NCBI GenBank assembly: GCA_951406725.2
Contig: OX597827.1
Span: 28,768,001-28,832,000 of the forward strand
Direction: 5' to 3'
DNA from: Octopus vulgaris
Taxonomy: Eukaryota
DNA length: 64,000 nt
Shown: piece after piece, positions 28,599 through 42,699 of the stretch
How positions within the stretch are numbered: position 1 is the stretch's first letter
Layout: every line of letters begins with the position of its first letter
Translations under genes and position numbers: made by a program
Notes under the pieces: model-generated
Seen by the model: the letters and a program-made list of their open reading frames with translations, nothing else
Told to the model about the DNA's origin: nothing
Databases searched by the model: none

Positions 28599-28789
28599 AT
28601 GTATATACTGTTTATTAAAGTCGAATAAACCTCACAAACTAACTCCGAACAAAAGCTTCTGAAGTTTTTCCGACTTCAATAAAAAAAGTTATTTCAATCT
28701 ATCATTGGTAATCGAGTACTATTTTCTCCCTTTGTACAGCTACTATGAGCTTACTTGTGTTTGTCTATAAATACATAGCTAAGATCTGT

Positions 28790-29080
28790 TCCTAGGTATA
28801 AGGATAAGTTGAAGCAATCACTTAAAACCTCTACAGCTTAACTTGACATCTCGGGAAATTCATTGCCTTGATCGATCTGCATGGCGTAAAATGTATCACG
28901 ATGCATCCAAACAATTTGAGCTGAACAAAAGCAACAATAGAAGAATTATATCCCGCAACCGACAGACACATTAACGCAATCCCAGACATAATCCAAATCA
29001 TCAATGTCCCCCTTGTGACTTTCATAGCAAAATCCATCCTGGGACCCAAATTACATTTATGCATCCACCACAAATACATG
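28790..29080 (+). mobile_element. RTE-clade LINE 3' coding fragment
   Basis: RYKDKLKQSLK...LDRSAWRKMYHDASKQFE...QCP.CDFIAKS.LG..LH...H, a typical RTE C-terminus, with frameshifts. Confidence 0.65.
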
Positions 29081-29190
29081 CAGCTTCTTAGTGTATTTTT
29101 TCTTTTGTTCTATTATTCTCTTTAACATTAAGCCCTCTCCTTCGAACACTCATACGTTAACACCAACAGGAGCGATCATGCCTGTATGTA

Positions 29191-29750
29191 GGGCGGCGAG
29201 CTGGCAGAAGCGTTAGTACGACGGGCGAAATGCATAGCCGTATTTCGTCTGTCATTACGTTCTGAGTTCAAATTCCGCCGAAGTCGACTTTGCCTTTCAT
29301 CCTTTCGGGGTCGATAAATTAAGTACCAGTTACGCACTGGGGTCGGTGTAATCGACTTAATCAGTTTGTCTGTAATTGTTCGTCCTTTCTGTGTTTAGCC
29401 ACTTGTGGGTAGTAAAGAAATAGGTATTTCGTTTGCCGCTACGTTGTGAGTTCAAATTCCACCTAGGTTGACTTCGCCTTTCATCCTTTCGGGGTCGATT
29501 AAATAAGTACTAATTACGCACTGGGATCGATATAATCGACTGAATCCGTTTGTCTGTCCTTGTTTGTCCTCTCTGTTTGCCCCTTGTGGGTAGTAAAGAA
29601 ATAGGTATTCTGTCTGTCGTTACATTCTGTGTTTCGGGGTTCATTAAATAAGTACCACTTACGCACTGGAATCGATGCAATCGGCTTACTCTCTTTGTTG
29701 GTCCTTGTTTGTCCCCTCTATACTTAGCATGCTGTGGGCAATAAAGAAAT
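29191..29750 (+). mobile_element. SINE family A, internal multimer (~3 units)
   Basis: tRNA-like head GGCGGCGAGCTGGCAGAA..GAGTTCAAATTCC; repeated core GTCGACTTTGCCTTTCATCCTTTCGGGGTCGAT..AAGTACC (resembles the Meta/MESC SINE domain). Confidence 0.85.
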
Positions 29751-29805
29751 ATATATATACATATATATTATATATATGTATATATATATAATATATATTT
29801 ATATG

Positions 29806-29870
<65 letters not shown>

Positions 29871-29872
<2 letters not shown>

Positions 29873-30339
29873 AAAGTAAATAAATGGTACAACGAAGCAC
29901 CGATATCTGCTATTTTCATTGAAACTTCTTCACTGTTCTCGTTCTGTTAACGTTGTGACGTTCAGACGAGTGTACTGGCATAGATGTGGCAACTTTTGAA
30001 ATATTGGCGAGGTTTATGCAGCTGATGAGGATCAATCAAATATACGTTTGGCAAGCGCATTTTGAATCCGAAACCGGTACTGCATTATCCGTTATCTAGG
30101 TTTCTCATTTTTCTGATGTTTTTCCTAGAGGTAAGACAATTTTTTTCATGTTTGTTGCACACACGCATCTTTACTACTACATACACAGTGAAGCTATACA
30201 TTAGCGTCGTATTTATTACGTTCGCTATTTTCCAGTAGATATCAGTGCTTCGTTGTACCATTTATTTACTTTTATGTATAATTTTACTCTCACGGGCTAT
30301 CCTTTACTGGAAAGCAATACTCTCGTATTGCATTACTAT

Positions 30340-30345
<6 letters not shown>
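29871..30345 (+). mobile_element. Solo PLE pLTR with inverted terminal piece, in (TA)n
   Basis: 29871-29911 is inverted at ~30233-30273. Carries a canonical HHR. Confidence 0.75.
30016..30085 (+). ncRNA. Canonical type I hammerhead ribozyme
   Basis: AUGCAG-CUGAUGA-GGAU...AUCC-GAAA-CCG-GUA-CUGCAU. Perfect 6-bp stem I, palindromic ACCGGU. Confidence 0.85.
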
Positions 30346-30398
<53 letters not shown>

Positions 30399-30584
30399 TG
30401 TATGTATGTATGTATGTATGTATGTATGTATGCATGCATGCATGCATGTATGTATGTATGTATGTATGTATGTATGTATGCATGTATGTATGTATGTATG
30501 TATGTGTGTATGTGCAGATCTGTATGTTTTATGTATGTATCCTCATGCATATAATTGCATATCTAGACATGCTCATATATATTT

Positions 30585-31000
30585 AAATGATAAACTTCTA
30601 GAAAGTTTTACGAATTTTTACAGTTCCACGGATGGATTGGATTTGTGGTCTTCGAATCAGCTTTCCTCTTTCTGGTTTTGAGAAGCCTAACTTCTCAAGA
30701 TTGGTATCTAGACAGTGTGTTACATATCCCAGGGCCTCAATAATTGTAATCTGGATAGAGTAACTGCAGATTTCTCAATAGTTCAGCATAGGCGTTCTCT
30801 TTTTCACTGATCTTCAGCTTTATGTTAGCAACCGCTGGGCAGCTAATTTCCACAACTGTGCACAATTTCTCTTCTCTGTCCAAAATCACTATATTACATA
30901 AATGTAAGCACATCATTGTGTTGTGCTCACATTTTATTGAGGTCGTCACTGGGACATTCCACCAGTATTCATTTTTATTATGAGTGGCTATGGCTTCTAC
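30585..31000 (-). mobile_element. RLE (R4/Dong-like) LINE 3' fragment
   Basis: EYWWNVPV..IVILDREEKLCTVVEISCP..EKENAY (ORF 30737-31174), then ALGYV..LEKLGF..GTVKI.KTF. Confidence 0.75.
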
Positions 31001-32144
31001 CCTGTATGAATGCATGTATGTATACGTACGCAAACACCCGCAAGCACATGCACACCCATATATATCTATAGGACGCATGCTATTACATATAACTATATGT
31101 GTGCATATGTATTTATATATATATGTACGTATACACTCACGCACATACACGCATAAATATGTATGTACACACACAGACTATTGCACACATAGACATATAT
31201 GGGAATATTGTGTTTGTGTGCGTGCGTCTGTATGCGTGTTTCTGTGTATCTACTTCTATGTGTATGTGTATGTTTGTATGCGTGTGCTTGTGTGTGTTTA
31301 TGTGTGTGTTTCTTCTCCATTATCTTTGGCATTTTGCGCATGCGTACTAATACCAACGTTGTGCACATTTCCAAAAGCAATTCATTCGTTTGTTTGTTTG
31401 GCCGTGTTCTATTTTCCTTCTTTGTATTTATAATTTCCTTCTATTTCTTGTTTCTTTTTTTTTTCGTTTCTCTTCTTTTCGCTCCTTGCCATGGAGAGAG
31501 TTTGGGTCCTCATCTAGAGGTCCTTCTCTATATTTCCCGATGACTTTTATTCCTTTGACAGCAGCGACAACTAAACATCTCTGTCTTAATGTTAAAAGTT
31601 TCGTTTATAATACAAAATCTGATCTTTAGAAATGCCAACAAATAGCGTTGGTTTTTGTAAAGTGCAAATAGACAGAACACGTGACCTTTATATTTACTAC
31701 CATAATAATTGCTTGGGAACTGTATATGTGCACATTCATATATACGTACATACATACATATGTGTGTGTGCATGTGTGTCTATAGCCTTGTATGTATGTG
31801 TAATTTGTATACACGTTGAACCGTTACGCATGCATATATATATTCACAAGTACGCACACACACATAAACACATGTACGTGTGTATGTTTATATATATATG
31901 CGTGTGTGTGTGTGTGTGTATGTATGAGTGTATGTATAACGTGCATATGCGTTAAAAAAGCACACATTTACGTAGATTAGATGTATATGAGTATTCACAA
32001 GAAGGTCGCACTCATATACATACAAACATATACAAACATACATACATGCATGCATATACACACATACGTATGTAAATACATATATTCGTACATATACATA
32101 CATACACACATACACACACATATATATATATATATATATACATT

Positions 32145-32184
<40 letters not shown>

Positions 32185-32193
32185 CATTTATAT

Positions 32194-32237
<44 letters not shown>

Positions 32238-32377
32238 TTATATTATATAAAATTGAATAAGGGTAGAAATTGATATTAATCAATTAAAACCAGTGGCCTA
32301 GCATATTAAAATAATCCGAAGATTAAAATATTTTTACATACAAAATTTAGTGGTCAGTCCTTTAAATTTTTATATAC

Positions 32378-32463
<86 letters not shown>

Positions 32464-33394
32464 GTATACATATATACAAGCACATAGATATATATACATA
32501 CACACACACACATATATAAATATACATATACATATATGTGGATATATATATATATATATATGTAATATATAGATATACCTATATATAGCAATTTATAAGT
32601 ATACATATAGCTATATGTGTATGACTCGATGTACGCAGAAATGCGCGCGCGCGCACACACGTACATTTATAAACAGAACAGTATAATTGTTATGAGAGAC
32701 GTGATTGTATCGAGAGCTGCTGTTTCATTCAAGTACTAAATCCTCATATCTATCATATTTCCCGCTCCAGAAGCGTGTTTTGAAACGGTCTTTGCAGCCA
32801 TCTAAATGTTATATTAATAATTAAGGCTTTGTATTAATTCTTTGGGATGATTAAGGAGGAAAAATCATGTTCTCACCGATAGGTAAATGACATGTGATGT
32901 ATTGACTGGATAATCTTGGTTATGATTTATGATATTTAAGTATCCGACTTCGCCACAGTGATAAGTGTGATGTATAAAGGATCGCGGGTAAGGCCAAAAC
33001 AACGTAAAGTAAATGCAAGGTAAATCGCTAGAAAATAACTATACGAATATATGTAGAATTACTTTGTATTCAATATTTCGGGGTTATGATTCCATTTTCA
33101 AGAAAATAAACGTATTATGCCGATGTGCATGAGTGTGTGAGCTTGCGTGGAGTGGACATGAGCAGAAATGTGTTGCTATAGCAACGATCTAGCTTCCTGT
33201 AACTCTCCTCTGTTGTTGATTTTATGTTTCTTTTGGTGTATGAAGATGGTATCAGAAATTCCAAGGTTGCCTCTGTTCCGCTGTGTGGCCTTGATGTGCA
33301 CTGTGAATTCCTGGATCGGACATTTCCGTAGATGTTTCTTCACGGAATTGTGATATTTTTTATGCTGTGTATTATTTTTGGTTTCAATTTTCAG

Positions 33395-33570
33395 CACAAG
33401 GCCAGCAATTTCGGACGAATGGGTAAGTCGATTACATCGACCTCAGTGCTTGGATGGCTCTTATTCTTTAGACTCCAAAATGATGGAAAGGAAAGCCGAA
33501 CTCAGATCGTGGAGGCGGGCGGAATTCCAGTAAGCCTTGCGTGCTAACGATTCTGTCGGCTCGCTGCCTT
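33395..33570 (-). mobile_element. SINE family A, degenerate
   Basis: gcacaaggccagcaattt..taagtcgattacatcgac..gtgctaacgattctg..tcgctgcctt. Confidence 0.6.
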
Positions 33571-33895
33571 AAAGGATAAAAGGCACAGTCTGGGAATGTA
33601 AAGATGGATTAAATAACACTAAGCATATGGTCCGGCATTCTAACGATTCTGTCAGGTCAGCATTTTATGCATTATCATGTTATTGATTTCAAATTTTTGT
33701 TCGACGCATATGACAGGTTATGAAAATGTCTGACATGCAATTTGTTCTTGCTGTGTTGTTTCTCGATATCGTGACTTGATTTCAATTCCACTACCCTGCA
33801 GCTTGACGGAATAACTGATTCCAGTTGACCAATGTCTAGTCAGCGCAGGAGACAGGCGGAAAGATGCATATTCTATATCGCTTTTTTTCCCCATC

Positions 33896-34070
33896 TTTTA
33901 TCTTTTACTTGTTTCAGTCAACAGACTGCGGCCATACTGGGGTGCCGCCATGAAGAAGTTTTATTCGAATGCACCTATGTTTTTAAAATCTGGTACTTAT
34001 TCCATTAGTCTTTCTCGCCGAATCGGCTGTCAAGCGATGGTCGAGAACAAACACAGACAGAAAACACACG
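33896..34070 (-). mobile_element. SINE family B 3' fragment
   Basis: cttttacttgtttcagtc..ctgcggccat..ggtacttattc..tgtcaagcgatgg. Confidence 0.6.
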
Positions 34071-35031
34071 CAAAATAGTATATTTTATCTTAATTTTTCT
34101 GCATATTTATTTTCATACTTACCTTCAGTACAAATTTTTTGTGATATTTGGACCTCTATTTATTAATGATTGAACACAATTTTTGCTTGTTATTTCTTGA
34201 GGAAAAAAACATGGTTTCCGTGACGTCAACGCACATTCACACATTCAGAATACACACACATATAATGAATGTCATGGCGTGTTAACACAAACACACGCCT
34301 GCTATCTACTACATATGTACACACATGATTTTAGCGCTCTCTAAGAAAAAAAGACGTCGACTTTTTCACGTACACAATATTTTGATCATTTAGGAATATT
34401 TTAAACTAAATGTGATTTCAAAAATGTAAGTTGTTTGTACAGTAAGTATATTTATTTTAACTTTCTTTAAACAGACAATAGTTTAATGTTTTTTTAAAAT
34501 TATTTTCAAGTGACTGGCGATCTTTCACTTGTTATCTGGTTTGTTAATTTCATCCATTTCATATACACGTTCATACATCTTTCACGTTCTCCCCTCTTTC
34601 ACTTTAAAACAAAAGTAAATAAATAAAAAGAATTTACGGAAATTAACGATCAAAACCAGCTGATCGGGATGATAGTTCTGAGAATCAAAGCAACAGTTCT
34701 GGGCGTCTAAGCGAAAGATCGATCGAAGGGAAAACCATTACAAAACTTTTTTACAGTGCATTCAACATATCTGAGCTCCGAAGATTTGGCTGCTATTTCT
34801 AGCATGCCCTGCTACCACGTAACAGCTATTTCCGATAAAGGATCCGAAATACCTGTTACGAGGTAGCAGAGCATACAAGACATAGCAACCAAAACTTTCT
34901 TTTTCTGGAGATGTCACATTCCTTGAAAGTATGCGTAATATCCTGGAAAGGGAAAAAAACCCCGCGAAACAAAGCTCCGCTGCAGGGAAACTCAAACTTT
35001 CCTGGTGATCCAATGGGTCACGGGTAGTCTA

Positions 35032-35170
<139 letters not shown>

Positions 35171-35189
35171 TGTATAATTACACATGTGG

Positions 35190-35510
35190 GGTTTCATTCA
35201 GTTTCTGTCTACCAAATCCACTCGCTAATCTTTGGTCGACGAGTAGAAGACATTTTGTTTGTCGAAGGTGCCACAAAATCGGACTGAGCCCGGACCAATG
35301 TGGTTGGAAACTAAACTTCTTACCACACATTCACGCCTGTCCCTAATTGTTTTTTGACTGAACTCCTCAAAATACATTAACAGACACGTACATCAGCGAA
35401 GGTTTTCTGCGCAGTTTCTATCTACCAATTACCACTGAAAGGATATGTGTCAACCGGAGGCCTATGCTGAAAGAAATTATCCAAATTCTTGCGCAGTAGT
35501 ATTTGAACTT
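35190..35510 (-). mobile_element. Two degenerate SINE family B 5' halves
   Basis: cagtttctgtctaccaaatccactc...cttaccacac, with a second cagtttctatctaccaa copy. Confidence 0.55.
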
Positions 35511-35784
35511 GTATGCAGTCCTACCTGCAGGTATTCGCTATAAAAAATTTATGAATAAGAGTTCATTTTCTGAGCACGATGCTGTATATGTGGGGATGAT
35601 AGTGCGAGCAGACAGGATACGAACCTCCGACCTTCTGCTTTGTAGGCTGGAGTACTAACGACCGATTTATCTAACCCCTAACCCCATCTCTCATACCACC
35701 AGATCATAGCCATTATAGTAATGAACCTTCGACGCTGATGTTAGATATAGCAGCAGCAGTGGCAGCAGTAGCAGCAGCAGTGGC

Positions 35785-35831
<47 letters not shown>

Positions 35832-36304
35832 ACAACTACAATGTCACTTGCTTTTAAGAGGAAACGCAAAATCGAATTTTACTCAGCCCCCTGCTGTTCG
35901 CGCGATGCATTGTGGGTATGTCTCCTCCAGTTTCCATCGCAAATTCCCTTAATTGTGCTCTTTGTGATTGAAAGCTTTAGAAAATTGCCTTTTACATAAA
36001 TATACAGGCACGCACACACACACACACACACTGTAATATAATTCCACACGTACATGCATATATATACGTGTGTGTGTGTGTGCGTTTATGCATATGAATG
36101 TAACGATCCAAATAAACACAATTAGGCTTGACACATATAAATATATAAATATACAGACACACACACATATATATGTGTATGTATGTATGCATGCATGTAT
36201 GTATGTATATATATATATGTATATATATCTATATTATATATCTATATGTATATGTATAGATATATGTATGCATGTATATATATATATATATATGTATGTA
36301 TATA

Positions 36305-36335
<31 letters not shown>

Positions 36336-36622
36336 CTATATATACATACATATATGTGGCCATACATAGATATACGTAGATGCATATAACTACATGTGTT
36401 CATAAAGATAACCACACACATACGCATGCATACTTATACACACGCACACATAATCATATGTGTGTGTATGTATATATATATATGCATATATATATATATA
36501 TATGTATGTATATATGTATATATATGTATGCTTATGTATATATATGTATGCATATATATATATGTATATATATATAGATATATATGCATACATACATATA
36601 TATATATATGTGTGTCTGCATG

Positions 36623-36685
<63 letters not shown>

Positions 36686-37389
36686 ATATGTTGATATACG
36701 TAGATATATACAATTACGTTTTCATAAAGATAACCACACACACGCTTACATACATACATACATACACACACACACACGCACACACATATACATCAGTGAT
36801 AGTGCGAGATATGGATGTTATTTGAGGTCAAACCGTCGTGCCATTCTTTGCTATGTCCCCTAAACAATGAAATCATTAAGTTTACTAATATCATTTTATA
36901 TTACCTTTCGGCTTCACCTCCACATGACGAAGATTAAATGCAATTATCAGGACAAAAAAGTGAAAAACATGAGTAACTAAGTCTCATTTGATCCCCGGAG
37001 AGAAAAAGAAAGAACGAGGCTGAGAATGGACTTGCAGTTTTTATGGCATCCTGCTGCCTGAAGTGAATTCTTATGATTGCATAAAGCATTATCTTTGATA
37101 TTATGATTTTACAAGCTTTTATCTTTGTATCTCCACTATTTGCAGTGTTTGTAGGGCTAAGACGTTAACGTCTTGGTCGAAAATTTGAGAATTAGTATGA
37201 AACCATAAAAGAAGGCAAGGCTGTGACATAGAAAAGACGGTTATATTTGTCTTACTGCATTTACTTTACCTTGAGTAGGTGAATATTTAGAAACTGCTGT
37301 GGTAATTGTTATGCAACCATTGGGGTTTATATTTAAATTAAATTTGTTTCAAGATGCTCTCGACATTCTTTTGGTTTAAGCTTAATATT

Positions 37390-38232
37390 GATTTCAAATT
37401 TAGGGAAAAGGCCTGCAGTTTAAGGTGAGGAGGATAAGTCGATCACATTGACATCAGTCTTCAACTGGTACTTGTTTTATCGACCCTGAAAGGATGAAAG
37501 GTAAAGCCGACCTCGACAGCATTTGAACTCACAACGCAAAGACGGGCGAAATGCTAAGCATCAGGCCCGGCGTGCTAACGATTCTGCCAACTCACCGCCT
37601 TCGTTAAGCTTAATATTATTTTCTACACTAGGCACAAGACCCGAAATTTACTGGGAGGGAGCCAGTCAGTTAGAGCCTCCCCAGCACGCAACTGGTACAT
37701 AATTTATCGACCCCGAAATTATGAAAGGCAAAGTCGACCTCGGCAGAATTTGAACTCAGAACGTAAGGACAGACGAAATACCGCTAAGCATTTCGCCCGG
37801 CGTGCTAACGTTTCTTATTTCTTTACTGCCCACAAGAGGCTACACACAGAGAGAACAAACAATGACAGATAAAGAGATTAAGTCGATTATATCGACCCCA
37901 GTGCGTAACTGGTACTTATTTAATCGACCTTGAAAGGATGAAAGGCATAGTCGACCTCGGTGGAATTTGAACTCAAAACGTAGCGGCAGACGAAATACCT
38001 ATTTCTTTACTACCCACAAGTGGCTAAACACAGAGGGGGCAAACAAGGACAGACAAACGGATTAAGTCGATTACATCCACCCCAGTGCGTAATTGGTACT
38101 TAATTTATCGACCCCGAAAGGATGAAAGGCAAAGTCGACCTCGGCGGAATTTGAACTCAGAACGCAATGACAGACGAAATACTGCTAAGCATTTCGCCCG
38201 GCGTGCTAACGCTTCTCCCAGCTTGCCGCCTT
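37390..38232 (-). mobile_element. Two adjacent SINE family A insertions (monomer 37390-37601; multimer 37619-38232)
   Basis: Reverse complement of the 29191 type. TTAAGCTTAATATT occurs three times (37376, 37604, 38235). Confidence 0.85.
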
Positions 38233-38679
38233 TGTTAAGCTTAATATTAAAAGTGTTCCGGCAAGGATCAACCCATACTCTTTATTTATTTATTTATTTA
38301 TTTATTTATTCGTCAGACGTAAGATACTTACGGCAGTGATGGCTTGACCATGACACTTGTATTAACAACTGACTAATCACGTGTATCTTGGGCAACATGC
38401 AACACGTGATGGGTTTTAGAAACAAAACAAAAAAGAAAAACCTCTCTACTGTATCATTTCATAAAAAAGCTTTTCGATATGTAAATGAGATTTACAAATA
38501 ACATGAGTAGTAAAGAAATTTAAAATTTCTTCACGACGGGCGACACTGGTTCGCCATTATCAAAGTAAAATTCCCATTTTAAGATGACAGGATAGGAGTT
38601 TGCAGGAATTTGATTCCCAAATCTACCTCTCATCATCTTGCTTATGTAGTAATTATAAATCGAACAGTATTATATGTCA

Positions 38680-39260
38680 CTAGCAGCTAAGCCCGGTTTC
38701 ACTCGGTCAATTTGGATGACGTGGCTGTAAAACCTGCTCTGTGTAAGCATTCGACTTGTTTGGGTACGGTTACGTTAAAAACCAATTTTAGAATGACTTT
38801 TTTCTTTCAAAACGCTAAAAATAACTGACCAACGAAAAATAACAACGAAGATTCAACATAATCAAAAATAAACCAAAATACTAAGCAAAGATGAACCATC
38901 ACGCTTCCATTGCGCGCACACGCACACATTCACATTCCCCTTTTTACATACAAACACGTATATTCACACAGTTGAATTTACTTTTTCAGCGTACAATTTT
39001 CATCATCCCACTACTAAGTATGACATCACCCCTTCCTTCATTATTCATCTATCACCCCTTCCTTTCTCATTCATATACACAAGAGTATTATAATACTAAA
39101 TTATCTCGGTAACCATGGGAGCTATGAGAAAATACAAAGCCCAGCATCACCACCGGATCATTCTACACATTTGTGCAATTTTTCGCGCAATTCCACCCAG
39201 CCGTTTGACCGTGAATCCCAAACAAGAAAGACTCGCCCATGTCAAATTTATATGTATAGA
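38680..39260 (-). mobile_element. Non-autonomous Helitron
   Basis: Minus strand starts TCTATACATATAAA after A and ends with a GC hairpin CCGAGTGAAACCGGG then ...CTAG before T. No TSD. Confidence 0.7.
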
Positions 39261-40875
39261 TAAACTGTTGGCTATCTAACCCCACGACAATAAATGAGAT
39301 CTAGCCACGGCTGGAACGCTTATCGCACACCAAAGTTAAACAAGACTTATACTATGATGTTTGGTTCATTTTTAATCTGACGTCATCAACTCATTTGTAA
39401 GATTGGCTACTTCCGTTCCGTAAGTAAACTGAAGTAAAGCTAACTTAAGCCTCTGCATTTAATAACAGTTTCTAACTTAGGTACAAGGGCAAGAGATTTT
39501 GAAAGAAAGAATACGTCAAAAAGGACTAAGTCCTCGGTACTCGGCTGCTAGCATATTTTATCGGCTCGGAAGGTTAAAAGCAAAGTTTACCTCCTCGTTA
39601 TTTGAACTCCCCACGTGAAGAACCGAAAGAAATATCGAAATATATTTCTTCCAATATTCAAGCGATTCTGCCAGTCGGCCGCTTTGGTGCTGTACTTACT
39701 AACAAGAGAACGGTGATTTGATTCGATGAAGCAGTTCTATACGAAATGTAAATTTTTTTCCAGTTATTTTGCAGATTATCAATATCTGTACAGATTCTTT
39801 CTGACAGCAACATGTAAACTGGCTTGAACTGCAAAAGAACCGATGGAATTTTAGAGAAGGAAGAAATAATAGAAAAGAAGGAAATCAGGCGCATGTGATA
39901 AACGAGAGATAAGAAGAACAAAAGAGGAGCGAATGGAAGAAGCGTGAAAAATATAGAGCTAGAGAAAGAGAGAGAGGGGAGAGGGGATAAGGAAAGAGGG
40001 AGAAAGAGAATGAGCTGGAGAGATCAAGTGAAATTAAATTAAGAAAATATAGATCAGAGAGAAAAATAAGAAGGTGCAATTTAGTGCAGAAAAGAGAATG
40101 AGGGAGATGAAAGTAGAAGTAAAGATGTGAAAGAAAGATTAAAGGCAAGTGAGGTGTTAATGGAAGTAATGTAAGTGTTGAAGAACGATGAGAGAGTGCC
40201 ATAAGAACAAATAAATAAATAAATAAATAAAAATGGTGAGGTTTTGGAATCATAACCTTTGTTCATCTATATTTAAGAAATAAGTTAGTCGAAATGGCTG
40301 ACACCTCATACTTGTAAAGATTATGCTGATCTTTATTTATTTTTTCCATATTACTGCATTAAGAAATCTATTTTGGCCTACGACTTTGAAGATTCTAATA
40401 GGAACTGAATAGCTGCTATTCTTTGATATGCGGCACCAGAGATTCCAAATGCCCAATATTTTGGAATGTTTGACAGTGATAATGATACTTATCGATTCGG
40501 TGTATGCAGTTGAAACTGCATTTAATTAAAATAATCATCTTTGTTTCTTACTTATTGTATATATACCGTTGAGAGGTATGACGCTGTGGATTTTCTGTCT
40601 GAAAGAAAACCTATGCCCAGGCTGTGTTGTGAACACAATTTATATGGAATCGAGACAAACACCGTCCCGGTAATCACCGACAGCAACGCCAGAAACGTTG
40701 CAGCCTCTCCAAGGTTTGTCAGTGACGTTTACTCAGCAATCAAATACCTAGAAGAGATTTCCCAACTCCAGTTTATAGAAAAGAGGAACAATACATTCAC
40801 TGATATTGCGATTAGCTGCCGGGCAGAATAAAATTTCAGTATACGTAATTGAAACAGCACTGTGTCATGCATAGG

Positions 40876-41215
40876 AGGAGGAGACATCCTTCAGTTATGA
40901 ATGATCATGGGATTGCATCTAGAAAGTTACCCTCCAAGGCACAAGTCCGGGCAAGATTGTTTGTGGAAGGCCAGTAGTTGCCCAGACATACCAGCCCCCA
41001 TTCTCCACACCAGTGATGTTATCCAAGGGAAAGGCAAAGGCAGATACAGCTTGGCACCAGTGATGTCGCAACTTATTTCTACAGATAAGTTAACTGGAGC
41101 AACGTGAAATAAAGTGTCTTGCTTAAGAACACAACATGCAGCTCGGTCCGGGAATCGAACTCACCACCTCACGATCGTAAACTCGACGCTCTAACCACTG
41201 AGCCATGCGCCTTCA
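40876..41215 (-). mobile_element. tRNA-derived SINE family C
   Basis: Minus head GAAGGCGCATGGCTCAGTGGTTAGAGC..GAGTTCGATTCC. Body shared with 24020-24261 and 61660-61780. Confidence 0.8.
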
Positions 41216-42463
41216 CATCATCATACATAGACGGCTATTTTATTTAACAATTAATAAATATTTAGAAGTCTTCGTGGGCAATAATTTACTTTTAACCAAA
41301 GATACCTAAAACTTACAGATACTTGTTGTGTGAGAACTATTAAACTTGACGAAAATAGTTTTATAGATTTAGATATCTGTGTTAAAATCCTGACTGAACC
41401 AGCTTCTTTGCAAATTCTTTGTGATGTTGAGCTTTTTAGAAATTAATGTTCAGCTTTTTAGAGAATAGTTCTATGTAATATTCGCATGCGTCGGAGCACC
41501 CACATGGTCTTGCGCTTGGGAATTTCGTTTTGTAACCACATGTCCATAGGTTTGAGCCCACATTGCTTAAATGCCATTTAACAGATAACTTCAAGTAGTT
41601 CAGCCCTATATTTCATCAGATTACATGCCTAATTAAAAAGTTTGATTATCAGGAAGGAACAATTTGTTTCTCTCAATTCACCCTCGTCAGCAATATGCCG
41701 CTTAGCTAAACCTTCAGATCACTTAACAGCCGTTTAGGTAAATATAAAAAAAAGAAATAGAGTCACACTAGTTCTTTGCAATATTCATTTCAAATGCATT
41801 ATTACTACTACATTATCACAACTACCAAAACATGATATTTCGATATACATTCATCGCATTCCGCTAACAGTTGATATTGTGGTTGTTTATAGCCATCCAA
41901 ACATTGAAGGAATTAGACATATGATGAAGATCTTTCCGGCCTCAATTATTTCAGGTTTAACCAACTCTATATTATCGAAAGTGACACCAGTATATGATCT
42001 GAGTTAGTTTTTGGCTACTGATTCTAGCATAACGACCAGCAACGTAGACACACGCGTTCATTTGATTGAATCCAACGCCGAGTAAACAAGGTCGTTTATT
42101 TCATATAAGCACAATCGTAACCAAAGAATATAAAGGAATTAAAAAATAAGTAATCTGCTTTCACTATCTACCGTTTCGGATTTCTGTAGTCTTAATGTTA
42201 TATTTCTTGTCTCGTTTGCTCTATTATGTGCTACGCTCATTGGCTCACGGCCATGATGTACATAACCTATTAGGGTGCGTCGAACAAATCCATCCTACAA
42301 CTACTTTTGAGTCTGGTACACATTCTCACGGATATTTATATTTATTGTCGTCAAGTGGTGAGGGGATAGAAACAAAAAGACAGACGGATACATACATATT
42401 TGCATGCACGCATACGCCACTCACACAGACACACACACACGTATATGTGTGTGTGTATATAGA

Positions 42464-42511
<48 letters not shown>

Positions 42512-42699
42512 CCTCTCTCCCCTTCTCTCTCCCCCTCTCCCTCTTTCCTCCTTCATCCCCCTCCTCCCCTTCCTTCTCCCCCATCCTCTCCTCTTCCCCC
42601 TTCTCCTCCCCCTCTTCTTCCCCTCCCCTTCTCTCCCCCTCTTCTCCCCCTCCCCCTCTTCTCCTCACTACACCACATGACTTTACACATCACATCACA

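Noticed and set aside
35671-35686. CTAACCCCTAACCCC telomere-like motif
   Set aside because: Only two imperfect units; compatible with chance.
40541-40831. Complex-sequence ORF (96 aa) or possible minus-strand exon
   Set aside because: No recognisable domain; the minus-strand exon candidate has stops in all frames.
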